In this document: piece by piece, positions 62,155-64,000 of the stretch | How the letters are laid out: every line of letters begins with the position of its first letter | How positions within the stretch are numbered: the stretch's first letter is position 1 | NCBI GenBank assembly: GCA_964187785.1 | Contig: OZ076409.1 | Location: forward strand, 56,296,001-56,360,000 | From: Amphiscolops sp. MND2022 | Taxonomy: Eukaryota | DNA length: 64,000 nucleotides | Direction of reading: 5' to 3' | Translations under genes and position numbers: made by a program | The notes under the pieces: model-generated | The model's database searches: none | What the model was told of the DNA's origin: nothing | The model's input: the letters and a program-made list of their open reading frames with translations, nothing else

Positions 62155-63704
62155 CTGCACTGAATAAACGCAACGATCCAGCGACGGTCCAAAGTCGACG
62201 CCGGAAAATTCCAAAAACAAGAGGTGAGTACAATAAAGGGGTTTGGCTTTACTGCTATAGTGGGTCGTACAATATTGTTATGTAGGAGAAACATCGCGAC
62301 AGTCGGGCTTTTTTCATAAGCGTCGAGACAAAGCGAGAAGATCCATAAATTGGTTTAGTGCTTCGTTGACGCCGCAAAGCTACGTCAGTCATTTCACGCT
62401 TTTGCACCCAATAAGGTGTTTTTGTCTGCAGTTTGTACGGATGAATCAACACGACAAAGGTCGAACATGATTTTTAATTTAAAAAAACACGGTTAAGTAA
62501 AAAAAAACGAGACACGTTATTCCATGTGAAATCATTTCTGGGAAGTGAAGTGCCAGAACATAATTGAAAAAATTTTGGGAACACTGGCGTTTTAAATGAC
62601 GTTGAATTGTTCAGATGATATGTTCAATAACATAATTTGAAACCCGATTTTCAGAGTTTGAAAATAACATTTGAAAACTTTTCTGGCAAAGTTGGTCCAA
62701 AGTTTGTGGAAATTTCCAAGGTTAACCCTGGCAACAATGCCAAATGTTTTGTATTAAAAATTCATGGAACTTTAGAAAAGAGTTTATGCTTCAAAGGAGA
62801 AGTTTTATTTAAAATTGCTTTTCAAAATTCTCAAGATTTCTTTGTAAGTTCAATGTTTTTGCTGCATGTGCTTCAAGTAATTCAGTTTTCCCAAGCTCCC
62901 AATTTTATTGTTTAAAACCTTCAATCGCTTGCTGTTGAAAAAATAATTCAAGCTCAATTGAATGAACTCAATAGAAAGTAATTTACATTGAAAATTGTAC
63001 AAAAAAACATTGTCATCAAAAATGTAGGTTGTTCTTTTTTGGAAGTTGCTCTCTTAAGCAAATACTTTTCGCTATCTTTCTCTAGGATTGTGCAACACAA
63101 GCTTGTTTATTTTTGGTTCAGCGCAAGTTTATGCGATTCTGACCACTGAGATGAGAACAAAGTCACAGCGATACGAAGGCATATGGTTGATTTTTCTTGA
63201 AAGGAAAAAAATGACTCATTCACATTTTAGGTGAAAAGCAAGATTCTGACTGTAGTAGGCAAAAAATACACAATTTTCACAAAGTATGTACAAACAATTT
63301 GTACGATTTTGTTAGAACAAGCTTTATTTGTCAATAACTCTTACAAGATTCTTAAAACATTTGCATACCACAGATGAGAATGATGAAGACAATACAGAAT
63401 TTTTTACAAAAATCTTTCAAAAGTTGCGTCGTTCGACGATAAGATTTTTTAGATAAATTGTCGCTACAGCCTATCAATAAAAAGTAATATGAAAGCTGAA
63501 ATAGCTATAGATTGTTCTATTTCTTGGTAATAAAAATAATAGAGATTAATAAGAGAGAAAAGAGAAAAGAATTTCTATTTGTATCTCGTCAACTAATCTA
63601 TCCGGTCTGAAAACTAATGTATCAAATGATTGCGTATCACTAGAAACATGAATACTATGTTTACCAACAACATCTATGGCACAGCCCAGTGATCGAAGAC
63701 ATGG

Positions 63705-63830
63705 AACGCTTGCCAAGAACCATGGTAAATCCCTAGCTAGCCTTGCCAAGATCTTGCCAAGGATACCATGATTATGCAAGATCGTGCCAAGCGTACCATG
63801 TTTTACCATGTTCTTGACAAGGGTTCCATG
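63705..63830. repeat. Short array of CCAAG/CCATG motifs, likely DNA-transposon subterminal region
   Basis: CTTGCCAAGAACCATG, CTTGCCAAGATCTTGCCAAGGATACCATG, CGTGCCAAGCGTACCATG. Confidence 0.45.
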
Positions 63831-64000
63831 GTAGCAAATCCGTTTTTTTTTGGTAACTCTTTTCTAATTCTCTCTATATTTATTGCACTAGTTTCTATTG
63901 CATTCTCGAACTTTCAGTAGCAAGATTTACAAATCATAGCCAGAAAAGTTTGTTTTCACACCGATATCGCAAACCCGCAAGTTGTAATAACTTGATTCGA

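Noticed and set aside
61929-62229. Plus-strand exon ending at the perfect donor AG|GTGAGT (62224)
   Set aside because: No long open plus-strand frame runs from a convincing acceptor to this site
1-64000. Prokaryotic or phage system (operon, defence island)
   Set aside because: Very low coding density, phase-consistent spliceosomal introns, LTR retrotransposons with TSDs and an animal-type GPCR

Overview
AT-rich, repeat-dominated eukaryotic DNA, almost certainly animal (spliceosomal introns, an adhesion-type GPCR, BEL/Pao and Gypsy LTR elements, DINE-1/HINE-like elements). I found no rRNA, tRNA, CRISPR or operon structure, and most ORFs in the supplied track are transposon fragments or antisense noise. 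Hand splicing reveals a tandem pair of + strand class I SAM-dependent methyltransferase genes. Copy A: last four exons at 494-5980, 5' part outside the window. Copy B: seven exons over about 32 kb (13480-45200), with exons 1-2 tandemly duplicated, a 16-bp deletion in exon 5 and introns swollen by transposon insertions. The reconstructed ancestral ORF is about 339 aa: short basic tail, one hydrophobic anchor, N-sequon-rich stem, CxxC...CxxC motif, then a methyltransferase fold. This suggests a secretory-pathway (Golgi-lumen) methyltransferase with a bacterial-style domain layout. Every resolvable splice donor has exonic AG at -2/-1; one is GC (a second probably so), and two otherwise unresolved junctions fit best with AG|GA donors. 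Also present: the 3' end of an adhesion/secretin-type GPCR gene on the minus strand, three recent tandem duplications (2.6, 3.3, 1.2 kb) and three near-spacerless palindromes (87, 218, 324 bp). All protein family calls are by eye from motifs; no searches were run.
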